From Dendrobates tinctorius (taxonomy: Eukaryota): DNA of 64,000 nt. A program made the translations under genes and the position numbers. Positions within the stretch are counted from its first letter, which is position 1; each line of letters starts with the position of its first letter. Location: NCBI RefSeq assembly GCF_039654945.1, contig NW_027361728.1, positions 91,078,001 through 91,142,000 on the forward strand, given 5' to 3'. The notes beneath the pieces were generated by a model. The model was not told where the DNA came from. It worked only from the letters and a program-made list of their open reading frames with translations, and made no database searches. Below, in pieces: positions 12,883-25,098 of this stretch.

Positions 12883-13504
12883 TCTTAAAAAGGAGAAAAC
12901 GGAGTAACGGATCCAAAATATATGCAAAAGTATAAATTTTATTAGTACTCACATCAAGTGCTGACAAGTATACAAGTTGACTAAAATAGGGGGGATAAGC
13001 CCCAATGATACAACAATCAGGACAGACAAGGACAGGGTAAATAAAATGATACCAGTGCTCGAAATCTACATGGCACAACGTTCAGTCAGCCCATGGGCAT
13101 TGCACATAACAGACATATGTCTAATGGTAAAAGATAGTCAAATATGGCATACTCAATTGAATGTGTATTGTACATAGTTGTACATGTCTAGAGCGCCAAA
13201 AAAAAAAAAAAAAAAAAAAACCATCCAGAGGGGTCAATGTGCAAGTCCAATGGACACTGAACATAAATGAATCAATGACATGTGAAAGGATTCTTAAATA
13301 GTTAATAACATATGTATCAGCATATCAAAACTGCGCAATTGTGCCAGAGAGAACCCGGGAGACGACCCGCCCAGCGGTCCAAATGACCGAAGTGTGGAAA
13401 CAAGTAAAGGCAGGCTGCTTACCGGGGAGCAGAGGAGGTGAAGGCCCATGCAACGACCCCCGACGTACCTTTCGCGCCCGCCACAGGCGCTTTATCAAGG
13501 GAGT
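12883..13504 (-). mobile_element. Penelope-like element terminal (pseudo-LTR) fragment
   Basis: 13-bp TSD CATGTATTTCTAT (12870-12882, 13505-13517); minimal hammerhead at the 5' end; AATAAA and T-rich 3' end on the minus strand. Confidence 0.75.
13456..13504 (-). ncRNA. Minimal type I hammerhead ribozyme motif (U3-A8 variant)
   Basis: ACUCCC-UUGAUAA-A-GCGCC(UGUGGCG)GGCGC-GAAA-GGUACG-UC^GGGGGU: 6-bp stem I, 5-bp stem II, near-palindromic stem III. Confidence 0.75.
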
Positions 13505-13757
13505 CATGTATTTCTATGCAGCTGAACGCTCCGATCCGAGTGCCGGCGGCAGTGCCGGGTATTGATGTGCGAGACTCATCCGAGTTTCTCGCATGTGAGT
13601 ATGAGCCCTAACCAGGTAATCCTGACTACAGCTACGTGGCGCACTCTAATTGTGAATATACGGAACATCAGCAGATGACCGCACTGTGATTGAAGATAAA
13701 TCTATATATAAAAACAAACACTGATATTAATATATGGATACCATATAGTGGTAGATA

Positions 13758-15396
13758 CAGTTAAGTCCATATATATTTGGACAGAGACAACATTTTTCTA
13801 ATTTTGGTTCTAGACATTACGACAATGAATTTTAAGCAAAACAATTCAGATGCAGTTGAAGTTCAGACTTTCAGCTTTCATTTGAGCGTATCCACATTAA
13901 AATTGGATGAAGGGTTTAGGAGTTTCAGCTCCTTAACATGTGCCACCCTGTTTTTAAAGGGACCAAAAGTAATTGGACAATTGACTCCAAGGCTATTTCA
14001 TGGGCAGGTGTCTGGGCAATCCCTTTATTATGTCATTCTCAATTAAGCAGATAAAAGGCCTGGAGTTGATTTGAGGTGTGGTGCTTGCATTTGGAAGGTT
14101 TTGCTGTGAAGGAAACAAGCAGTCAAAGGAGCTCTCCATGCAGGTGAAACAATCCATCCTTAAGCTGCAAAAATAGAAAAAAAACCATTGCTACATTAGG
14201 AGTGGCAAAATCTACAGTTTGGTACATTCTTAGAAAGAAAGAAAGCACTGGTGAACTCATCAATGCAAAAAGACCTGGGCGCCCACGGAAGACAACAGTG
14301 GTGGATGATCGCAGAATAATCTCCATGGTGAAGAGAAACCCCTTCGCAACAGTCAACCAAGTGAACAACACTCTCCAGGAGGTAGGTGTATCAATATCCA
14401 AATCTACCATAAAGAGAAGACTGCATGAAAGTAAATACAGAGGGTTAACTGCATGGTGCAAGGCACTCATAAGCATCAAGAATCAAAAGGCTAGACTGGA
14501 CTTTGCTAAAAAACATCTAAAAAAGCCAGCACAGTTCTGGAAGAACATTCTTTGGACAGATGAAACCAAGATTAACCTCTACCAGAATGATGGAAAGAGA
14601 AAAGTATGGCCAAGGCGTGGTACAGCTCATGATCCAAAGCATACCACATCATCTGTAAAACACAGCAGAAGCAGTGTGATGGCTTGGGCATGCATGGCTG
14701 CCAGTGACACTGGGTCACTAGTGTTTATTGATGATGCGACACAGGACAGAAGCAGCCGAATGAATTCTGAAGTATTCAGAGCCATACTGTGTGCTCAGAT
14801 CCAGCCAATTGCAGCCAAACTGATTGGTCGTCGTTTCATACTACAGAAGGACAATGACCCAAAACATAAAGCCAAAGCAACCCAGGAGTTTATTAAAGCA
14901 AAGAAGTGGAATATTCTTGAATGGCCAAGTCAGTCACCTGATCTCAACCCAATTGAGCATGCATTTCACTTGTTAAAGACTAAACTTCTGACAGAAAGGC
15001 CCACAAACAAACAGCAACTGAAAACCACCACAGTGAAGGCCTGGCAGAGCATCAAAAAGGAGGAAACACAGCGTCTTGTGATGTCCATGAGTTCAAGACT
15101 TCAGGCAGTCATTGTCAACAAAGGGTTTTCAATCAAGCACTAGAAATGAACATTTTATTTACAATTATTTAATCTGTCCAATTACCTTTGGTCCCTTTAA
15201 AAACAGGGTGGCACATGTTAAGGAGCTGAAACTCCTAAACCCTTCATCCAATTTTAATGTGGATACCCTCAATTGAAAGCTGAAAGTCTGAACTTCAACT
15301 GCATCTGAATTGTTTTGTTTAAAATTCATTGTGGTAATGTCTAGAACCAAAATTAGAAAAATGTTGTCTCTGTCCAAATATATATGGACCTAACTG
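13758..15396 (+). mobile_element. Tc1-family transposon, full length
   Basis: ~220-bp TIRs CAGTTAAGTCC.../...GGACCTAACTG; TA target duplication. Confidence 0.95.
14202..15143 (+). pseudogene. Tc1 DD34E transposase, N-terminus damaged
   Basis: [28 protein letters not shown]; upstream start lost and a stop near 14174. Confidence 0.9.
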
Positions 15397-15944
15397 TATC
15401 AGTCCTGCAGACCATATAAGAGATCACAGTACAGTTATAGATAGAGACTTACAGAGGACGTTCTTTCTGATGGAATCGCTCACTTTTCTCATCTTTTCCA
15501 TCTGGCCCAGACCGACATGACAACTTTTCCAGCCAGGACTCGTCTGCAGAAATTACAAGGACACATCTGACTTCTCACATCTCCAGCACCGTCCCCATCT
15601 ATCCCCAACCTGTACAAACTCCTCATTCTACTGATACCCTAATACTGAGCAGCTGCTGCCATGTGTCCTGCAGCACCTGCTGTGTGCTACAATAATGGTA
15701 CTGCCCCACATAGTAATGCCACCACTGTGCCCCTTATGTAGCAATAATGACTCCTTTGTGCTCTCTAGATAATAAAATTCACCCTTAGCAAACATTAATG
15801 CCCTGTGCTAGTGTCCTGCACATTTTGTTCCTAGAAAGTAATACCACATATGTAATTTTGATGGTCACAGTACTGTGAGTGCCCCTATAGCAATAATATT
15901 TAAATGCCCACATAACATTTAATAATGTCCCCTAAGTAGCCCCC

Positions 15945-16430
15945 ATGTACAGCTCGACTATACACAGTATGGTGGGCAAGCAGCTTCCCTATACACAGTA
16001 TAATGCCCCCACAGCTCCCCTATACACTCTATGATGATCCCACAGATCCCATATGCACAGTATGATGTCCCCACTGCTCCCCTATACACAGTATGATGAG
16101 CCCACAACTCCCATACTTATGCTGACAGAGCTCCACTATAGAAAGTATAATGCCCCCCAGAGTTCTCCTATATACAGTATAATGGGCCAACAGCTCCCCT
16201 ATGCACGGTATAATGCCTTCATAGCTTCCATATACACAGTATGGTGGTCCCGCAGCTCCTGTATACACAGTATGATGTTCTCCACAATTCCCCTGTACAC
16301 AGAATACAGGGCTAACCGCTCCATTATACACAGTATAATGCCCCCACAGCTCCCCTATACACAGAATGGGAGGTCCACAACTCCCTTATACACAGTATGA
16401 TGGGCCCACAGCTCCCGTACATACAGTATG
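15945..16430. repeat. Degenerate ~31-bp minisatellite inside the hAT element
   Basis: Recurring TATACACAGTAT(A/G)ATG...CACAGCTCCCC. Confidence 0.8.
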
Positions 16431-19400
16431 CCCCAGTGCCCTGTCGACCCTAACCACCTTAGCCCCATAATACCCCCATCCTCTCACATTCACCCTCCAG
16501 TGCCCTGTCTCCCTCCCCCACAACACCCCCATGATTTCATATTCAGCCCCCAGTGCCCTGTCCCCTTTCCCACCTCAGCCACCACAATACCCCCATCCTC
16601 TCACATTTACCCCCCAGGGAACATGACATGCCTATCAATCTAATACATTTTATCCCCACTTACCAATGAAGTTTGAAGCAGGACCAGGAAGTATCTGAGT
16701 GAAATGGAGGTGAGCACTAGGACTAAGCGTGTGCCAATCCCAGCTTGCACTGAAGTGAAGAAAACTGCAGCCTGGGAGAAGCTCCTGAGGTCAGTCAGCA
16801 CTGTACAGTGCAGGAGGGAGATTCTGCAACTGGCCACTGTGCTACCAGTGTGCAGAATCTCTGTCATACAGGGGAGCAGGCAATGTGACGTCATGTGACG
16901 GGGCCCGGGGCAAAAGCCCCCCTGCCCCCCCAGTAGCTATGCTACTGATCAGCTGTGAATGACTGGGATACTCCAAGAACTGTGAAAGAAGTCAAGAGTT
17001 TCCTAGGGTTTTCAGGCTACTACCGCCCCTTCATCACTCATTTTGCACAAATAGCAGAACCCCTTACAGAACTGCTACAAGGTTGCCCTAGAGAACACTA
17101 AGACAGAAGACTTCCAATTGATTGGTCTGAATGACAAGAAACTGCCTTTCAGATGCTGAAAAGCTTACTAACTTCCCCTCCAATTGTGGCGTATCCTGAC
17201 TACTGCCACCCTTTCCTTCTCTACACGGATGCCAGCTATCAAGGCCTCGGGGCGGTACTATCACAAGTCCAGAATGGCAAAGAGAGAGTCATTGCTTATG
17301 CCAGCCGAAGCTTGAGAGGCGCTGAGAAGAACGATAACAATTATAGATCATTCAAGTTAGAGCTGCTAGCTTTTGTGTGGGCCGTCACCGAGAGGTTCAA
17401 AGATTATCTCGCGGCTACCCCCTTCACCGTTTACACAGACAATAATCCTCTTGCTCACCTTAATACTGCACAGCTAGGTGATCTGGAGAAGGGATGGGCT
17501 TCAAGATTGGCGAGTTTCTGCTTTGACATTAAGTATCGCAGTGGCAAGATCAACATCAATGCAGATGTGTTACCTCATTTGCCCATATTAGAAGATCATC
17601 CTGAGGAAGATCTGTGGGAAGATGTTGAGATGCCTCCCTTCTATCAAAGATTTGCTACACAGAATGCCACTGCTGCTACACAAACTAATGAAGTCTCTCA
17701 ACCGAAACCGGATTTTTCCCAAGATCCATTGAGATGGCAAACCCTTCAAACGGAGTCTCGTGTCTTAGGAGAGATCTACGAATACCTGACTACTGGGAGA
17801 ATACCTGTCCGACGATGCAGACGATGTCCTGATGTTGAGCTTAATCGTCTATGGAGACAGCACAAAAGACTCTTCATTCAAAAGAGCTTGATCTTGCACA
17901 ATTCCCTGGACCCTGTTTCAGGTGAAAGATTACATTAGATTCTAATCCCACGGCGAGATGCCAGAATTGTTCTCGATGCCTACCACGACCAGTCTGGGCA
18001 CTTTGGCGTACACAAAACTGAAGCTACCATACGCCAACGCTTTTACTGGATTGGGATGCGTTCAGATATAGAGAATTGGTGTAGCGCATGTTCAGTGTGC
18101 AACCTCACTAAAGGTGGTAAGAAAGATGCCAGAGCTCCTCTTCATCCAATCCATTCTCAGAAACCGAACAAACTAGTTGCTCTTGATCACATGAAGCTAG
18201 CTCCAACTCGTTCGGGCTGCATGTATGCCCTTACCATGGTGGATCACTGTACTAAGTGGGTTGTCGTTATACCGGTGAAAGACCTTACAGCTCGGACTAC
18301 AGCTATCACCTTTTACCACGAATATGTGAGACATTACGGTTGCCCTGAAGCAGTCCTCACAGACCGTGGACCTGCCTTTGAGTCCCAACTATTTCAAGAA
18401 CTCTGCCAATTCCATGGGTGCAAGAAGCTAAGAACCACTGCCTATTATCCAAAAGGGAATGGCCTTTGTGAGAAAGTCAACCAGACCTTCATCAATATGC
18501 TGCGAACAGCATCTGTTACCAAACAAGCTGAATGGCCTCAACTACTTGATGAGTTAGTGGAAACCTACAACTATACCTTCCATTGTTCTACCGGATACTC
18601 GCCATATTACTTGATGTTTGGAAAACAAGCTCAACTCCCAAAATATCGTGCTTTGGGAATCCAGGTTCCTGATGTGATCAATCCCCGGCTCTGCACCTAG
18701 ATAATACCATGCACTTTGCGTATTGTTTGCATTATTTTCCAATGCAGCCGTGGACTTATTATAGACTGGTGGTTGCCACTAATTGCCTTTCCAGAGCCTT
18801 TTATATGGATGATAGTATATTGCGGAAAGAGACTCTATTTCATGTTTTGCAGTGGTTTATTGCATATTGTTCTCCCATATATCTGAGCATGCTTGCCTAA
18901 GTGTTGCTTTACATTACCTGTATATTTCCTTCTTTAGTAGTCCTCCACTTTTGCAGTCGCCGAGGACGGCTTATCTTCAGAAGGGAAGTATGTAGTGACC
19001 CAATCCAGAGTGTGTCCGTCCCTTTAAGTAATACTGAATTGTGAGTAGCATCAGTACAGTACTGCTCACTCTCTAACTGGTCCTCTACATTATTTGTGAG
19101 CTGTAATTTTCCCTTTCTAGTCACTTCCATTTTAGATGCAATGCATTTCTCATTTCCTGTGTTCTGTCGCCATCTAATGGTGAAAGTGTACAATGACTCA
19201 GTTATTGTTTTGTAAGGATCTGAGATGTGAATTTGGTCTCCTATTGGCCAGCTCCTAGTCACATGGTCAATAGGAGGAGCTGTTTTCCAGGCAAGTCTAG
19301 AATGTTCTTTAGTCTGAGGGATGCCTTCAGGGAGAGCAGAACATATGTGGAGGATGTTTTACCTCAAGATCTCCTGCAGGCCTAAAAGCCTGAGTTCCCT

Positions 19401-19855
19401 CTAACCTGTACAGAAATCATTCTAAAGACTTTCTGACAGGATTCACTGCAACTAAAGTATTTTTGACAGGATTTACCACTACTAAAGTATTTTGACTGGA
19501 TTCACCACAGTTCCTACATTCACCTATAAGTACTTGTACACGTGCCGTGACACCATGACACACTATGGAGCTAACCCTGAGTACAGGTCTGTAACCTCTA
19601 ATTGCTGCATCTACCTCCTTCTGTAAACTACCAAAAGACACTGTCCAGTGCTCTTAAATTTCCAGACCCCAATCACATCTCAGCATCTAAGTATAAACTG
19701 TAATTGCCGTGGACTACCCATGAGAGACTGTTCCTTATTTGTTCCAAGTTATAATTCCCATTGCTGCTGAAGTAAAAGCAACTGTTATCCCCGAGACCGG
19801 TGTGTGTCATAATTCCTTTGGCTGCGGACATCGTGTGGGGGTAGATAGCAGGGAA

Positions 19856-20307
19856 TAGAGTTGAGCGAAACAGGTCGGCCAGATTCATAAGTCGCCTACT
19901 TATGGCAAAGTCGGGTTTCGCCGACCGAAACCCGACCACAGCGTGAAGTCAGCCATGCGGTCAGCAAAACGAGCACCAAAGTCGGATTTCCCAGAATGCT
20001 TGCACGTCACTTTTTTCAGCCACTGAGCAAGGATGTACACTGTGGGCAACGAGATGACATGTGCAGCGTCGGGAGAGAGAGAGAGATTTTGCTCACTTTA
20101 AAAAAGTGGTCCGACATGTAGGAGTGTTTACTGTCCTCCACTCTCTGCCGACTTTGCTTTCCCATTGACTTGCATTGGGTTTCGTCTTTCAGTCGGACCT
20201 TCGACTTTTCCCGATAGTCAGCCGATTTCGTTCGACTCGACTTTTGAGAAAGTCGGGTTTCATGAAACCCGACTCGACCCTAGAAAAGGCAAAGTCGCTC
20301 ATCTCTA
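19856..20307. mobile_element. hAT MITE related to the large hAT at 37919-46574
   Basis: TIRs TAGAGTTGAGCGA / TCGCTCATCTCTA; 8-bp TSD GCAGGGAA; shared AAGTCGGGTTTC...GAAACCCGAC subterminal motifs. Confidence 0.9.
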
Positions 20308-20693
20308 GCAGGGAACATTCGGCCTGGTCATTACACCAATCCCAAAGTTTCTGATTTACGTGTTTTACACTGGGGTGACAGAAGAAATTGAAGAAATTTA
20401 CCTAACCAATATGTCAAAAGTAAGGTATTAAATAAACTATATGAGTATCGGATGTAAATCTGGTGAAGAGATCTTCTGGGAACCCCTTGCGATGGCACAC
20501 TGAATACAAACTTATCAAAGCCGACAATATGGGATGGAGGATAATCATTATTATTTGTTATAACTAACTACAGTTAGTTACTATGCCCAGGCAATGCCAG
20601 GCTCTTCAGCTAGTGCAGATATAAATATAGCAGTTGTTCTTATATACTTGATCTAGGGTTACCCATGTATCTATCTTTACAGTACCGTTAACC

Positions 20694-23600
20694 TGTGGTA
20701 GATCCCCACACAGGCCAACGATTTGTGTTGACTGCAGCCAGTCCCAAAAATCTTCGGCACCAAAACAACTTCAGCAAAAACAAGGCTCTGCGTCTTGTCG
20801 GCCGATGCCGAGCCCACACACCGGGGACTTACAGTTCTGTAGACTCAGGGTAAAGTACGGGGAGAACACTTCACAGGGCTTGTCAAAATCCCCTTAATAT
20901 GGATAGTACAAGATCCGTTTCTCCTCTGACAGTCACTCACAATTTCCCTGGGAGCAGACCACCTGAATCTGCACAGGAAAGATGTCTTAAGTCGCTTCCA
21001 GCCCAGCACAGCAGGGACTCCACAGAGCTCCAAAGTCACACAGCCATCATAATGCACTGCATTTGTTCCACAGTAGAGCCACAGGTTCACCAGAGGAAGG
21101 GATTAGCAACTCTCACAAAAATGCTGGCAGAGAGATCTTTTCAGAGTCCAATGTCCTCACCTCTCACCAGCTGCCCCTCCCTGCATCTCTCCCACAGCAA
21201 TCTCTCTTCTGCCCCTCACTTCACCTTCCTTCAGCTTCTCCGCCCTCAGTTTCCTGAGCTTCTGCTCTCAGCTGAGACATGCAAAAGCAGCAGGGTCCTA
21301 ATGCTCTCCTCATGCTATTACAGTTCACACTTTTACATGCCACCCCACTAGATGTTGGAGTCCCCGACATACCTCCCCACTCAAAATCATCCTGGGCATA
21401 GCGCTGAGGTGGTATACCTGCTGTAGATTGAGTAGTTCTCCTGACTCCAACAGGCTCAGTCCCAGAGGGAGTAGGAGCCTCTTCTGTGGTATCATCAAAA
21501 GGAGCAAATGAAGCTGTTTCCTCCTGAGGTGTGGCGCCCTTTGACACAGCACCCAGGTTAAGTATGTGACCTGATTCTCCCTCCTCAGCAGGACTTATTA
21601 TGTTCTCAACACTCTCTCCACACAGGGACAGATTGTTCACAGGGGGTAAGTAAGCAGATGCGGGAGGAGCCACACCCTCAAATTCAATAACACTAGGAGG
21701 ACCCACCCCTTGAGACACGGTCTTTGGCTCCATGGAATTGGGGGTTGAATCTTTAAACCAGCACAATTGTAGCATGTTACTATGAAGTTTACGGGTTTGC
21801 TCCCCTGTCTCCACCGGCTCGATCTCATAGACTGGAATCTCAGGGTCTACCTGTTTTTTATATCAAGTGCAGAGTCACCTCCCACCGGTCACTCAGCTTT
21901 CCTGACCGTGTTTTGGCTCTCTCCAACACTCTATCCCCCGGAGAAAATGGCTCTTCTTGTACGAATCGCGTGTCCCTATGTGTCACCTGGCGAAGGCGAT
22001 CACCCACCACCTGATGCAAGACCCTTAATCGCCACCTGTGCTCTTGTACCCATTCAGATGCAGTCCAAGGAGGATTGAAGGAGGGATCCGGCATGCTCAA
22101 ATCCTCAGTGTCCCTGCCAGGCCTCCCAAACATCAATATGTGTGCTAAATAGCCACTAGTGCTGTGCATTCTGTTATTGTAGGCCCACATCAATTTGTGG
22201 AGATACTCAGGCCAGCATACCTGCTGTTTTCCCTCCAAGGTCCTCATTATCTGTAACAGGGTTCGTTTAAAATGCTCACATGCCCGGTTACCCTGGGGGT
22301 GATAAGGCGCTGTCCTCGACTGTTCGATACCATACAGCTGATACAGCTCCTTCTTCAGCACCTCCTGGAAGCATGCCCCCTTATTCAAGTGTATTCTCCA
22401 CTGACACCTGAACACTTGGAGGAAATATCGACACATGGCCTCAGCCGCCAACTCTGCCGTCTAGTCTCTCGTCGGCACCTCTACAGCATACTAGGTAAAG
22501 TGATCTGTCATTACCAGGCAATAGGAGTACCCAGACATAGAGTACCTGATCAAAACATAGTTAATCATGAGTAGCTCTAACGTAGCGTAAGTCTTAATAG
22601 ACTATGTGAGGGCCCGCTGCTAAGGGCTTTTACTGAGTCCACAGACCTGACACTGCTGACACGCATCTGCTACCATCCCTCCCAACTCAAGGCAATAGAG
22701 GACTCGCTGTAGCCACTTCCAAAGTGAGCCCCCTTCTCATGCACCTCAAGAGCGACCACCGGACCCATCCACACAGGGACTGCTAGTTGGTACTGGTGCT
22801 GCAGCTCAAATGGCAGGTACACCTTACGATACAAAATGCACAATTCCACACACAATTTATCCCACTTTTGCAGTAGTTTAATTCCTTCCATGGACACTTG
22901 AGCTCTGTCCTCTGCATGGAGCCAGACCCCATTTTGAACTCAATGGCGTACAAGTGCAATGCCTGGACACTCGTCCTGGTCTTTTGCCCAATCTGAGGGC
23001 ATTTTACCCAGGTCACACGGTATCCCTGATGCCACCCAACTTAAATGTACCACACTTTGGAAGATAGGTACTTGCCCCAAGGCCGGAGTTTCAGTGTCCT
23101 TGAGTCAATCATCGACATTTTCCCCCGAGATCCCAAGGGGTAACCTTGATAATGCATCTTCATTTCCGTTTTCTCACCCAGAGTGAGACTTAATGCAATA
23201 ATTAAACTTAGCAAGGCGGTCGACCTACCACAGCTCCATTGCTACCAGTTTTGCATTCTCTAAGTGAGCCAGCGGGTTGTTATCCATCATGACTAGCACC
23301 TCAGCTCTTGTTAGGTACTTGGCAAAGCGTTCTGTCATTGCCCACACCAGAGCCAGTAATTCTAGCTGAAATGAGCTTTAGTTAGCCGGATTACGCTCGG
23401 TGTCTCTTAAAGACCTGCTGCTATAGGCAATCACTCACTCCTGACTATCCTGCACCTGTGCTAGTACTGCCCCAACCCAGGAAGACTACCGTCTGTCTAC
23501 AACAGAAAAGGGGCATCAAACCGGGCATACGCCAACAATGGGGAACTCATTAGGGTGGTTTTCACTTCATCAAATGCCTTTTCCTGCCGGGGCACTCATT

Positions 23601-25002
23601 GAATGGGGCAGTTTCGAGGACCCAGCACTGTCCCTCATAAAAGTTCATTCAGTGGACCCACCACTTGTCAAAAATATTGGCACAAATTGCCGATAGTGCC
23701 CCGCTAAGCCCAAAATGGCTCGCACCTCTTGCAAGTCACGGGGAAGCGGCCACTCCTGTACGGCCTTAACCTTACTGGTCGCAGGCAGCACCCTGTCCGG
23801 GGTCACCACGTGGCCTAAATACTCAATCTGACTCTGTAACAGTTGACATTTCTTTGGCTTTATTTTCAGGCTGAAGCGACTGAGCCACAGGAGAACTTGA
23901 TGTAACTTCTCAAGATAGTCTTCAAAGAGGTCCCAAACACCACAATGTCATCTAGATATATCAGGACTGATTCAAAATTCAGATCGCCTAAGCAATGTTC
24001 CATCAGGCGTTGGAAGGTTACCGGGGCGTTAGTGAGCCTGAAGAGCATCCAGTTGAATTCATAGCGCCCCATCGGTAAGACAAATGCTGTCTTGGGCCGA
24101 TCTTTTTCGGCCATTGGTACCTGCCAGTAGCCACTTGCTAAATCCAATGTCGAGAAATATTTGGCCTGACCCAATGCCGACAGGGATTCTTCAATACAAG
24201 GTAAAGGATATGCATCCCGCACCATGTGGGCATTCAATTTTCAATAGTCCACACAAAATCGAAGGTCCTATCTTATTCTGCACCAAGACTACGTGAGCTG
24301 CCCAGGGGCTCTGGCTCTTTCAGATCACTTAATTGTCAAGCACACTGGCCACCATGCCCTTCACCTCTTAATAGAGTGCCGGGGGAATTTGGCGATAACG
24401 TTTACTAAAGGGAGGGGTATGACCGGCCTCCCTCCAGCTGTGCACTGTTCACTGTTTCCTCGGCCGCCAGGGTAGATTCCTCCTCCCTTTCCTCCATGGT
24501 TCGATAGATCTGCCAGAAGGATAATTCCGATGCAGCCCAGGTCATCTCCATCAGTTTGTCTATTGACTAACCCAGTGATGAATTGATCCCGGAGCAAGCG
24601 GTCTACCTCTCGGAATGTCTCCATAGCCCCTGGGTCTAGTCACTATACCGCATTCAATATCTTCTGTAAGATATTAGAGTACTGCATCAGGGACTCAAAT
24701 TCCCTTTGGGGACAATTGAAGAACAGGGACCAAAGCTGGGCCACACAGGCTTGGCCTTCCGAACTCCCCTCTAAGAGTTCCAAAATTTTCTCTAACGTAT
24801 TCCTCTCTGATTCTGGATGTACCATCACCATCCGTCTAGCATCACCCTCTAGTGCATTAAATGCCAGCTCTGCATGTAACGCAGGGGCCAGATTTCACAT
24901 ACGCAGAATACTCCGGACCCTTTCAGCCAAATCCTGCAACCCCATGTTACAAAAGCAGGGTCCTAATGCTCTCCTGATACTATTACAGTTCACACTCTTA
25001 CA
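20694..25002 (-). mobile_element. Degenerate, internally deleted Gypsy element (element C)
   Basis: gag remnant LLRDQFITGL (24361-24950), RT YLDD (23866-24237), RNase H, integrase (21858-22451), PPT-like tract, 3' LTR about 20694-21337; the first ~52 bp of the LTR recur at 24951-25002. No TSD found, so the left boundary is uncertain. Confidence 0.85.
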
Positions 25003-25098
25003 GCATTATAGATTTCTTCAGGCACAAACTGGTGCACGCAAAGAGAAAAAAATATAAAATGCCCCTACAACTATATCTACATGAGATGTGCATATATA

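Larger units (their letters stand above)
12785..13608. mobile_element. Palindromic MITE split at its centre by a Penelope-type insertion
   Basis: Arms 12785-12870 and about 13518-13608 are reverse complements. Confidence 0.75.
12729..16947. mobile_element. Non-autonomous hAT element hosting further insertions
   Basis: 8-bp TSD ATCAGCTG (12721-12728, 16948-16955); imperfect TIRs CAGAGGCGTAGCTA / TAGCTATGCTACTG. Confidence 0.85.
10327..18690 (+). mobile_element. Gypsy pol relic (element B), no LTRs or gag, interrupted by a solo LTR and a hAT element
   Basis: SNGQSVP|QLGYWEP (protease region), RT 12146-12739, RNase H 17153-17938, integrase 18056-18700; colinear with element A pol once inserts are removed. 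Confidence 0.9.

Noticed and set aside
19211-19552. Possible solo LTR (TGTAAGG...CCGTGACA)
   Set aside because: No TSD and no second copy to confirm boundaries
20325-20365. Minus-strand NFGI resembling the next scramblase exon (DNFGI)
   Set aside because: Flanking residues do not match the GKISK...GACFL context and no suitable splice sites were found
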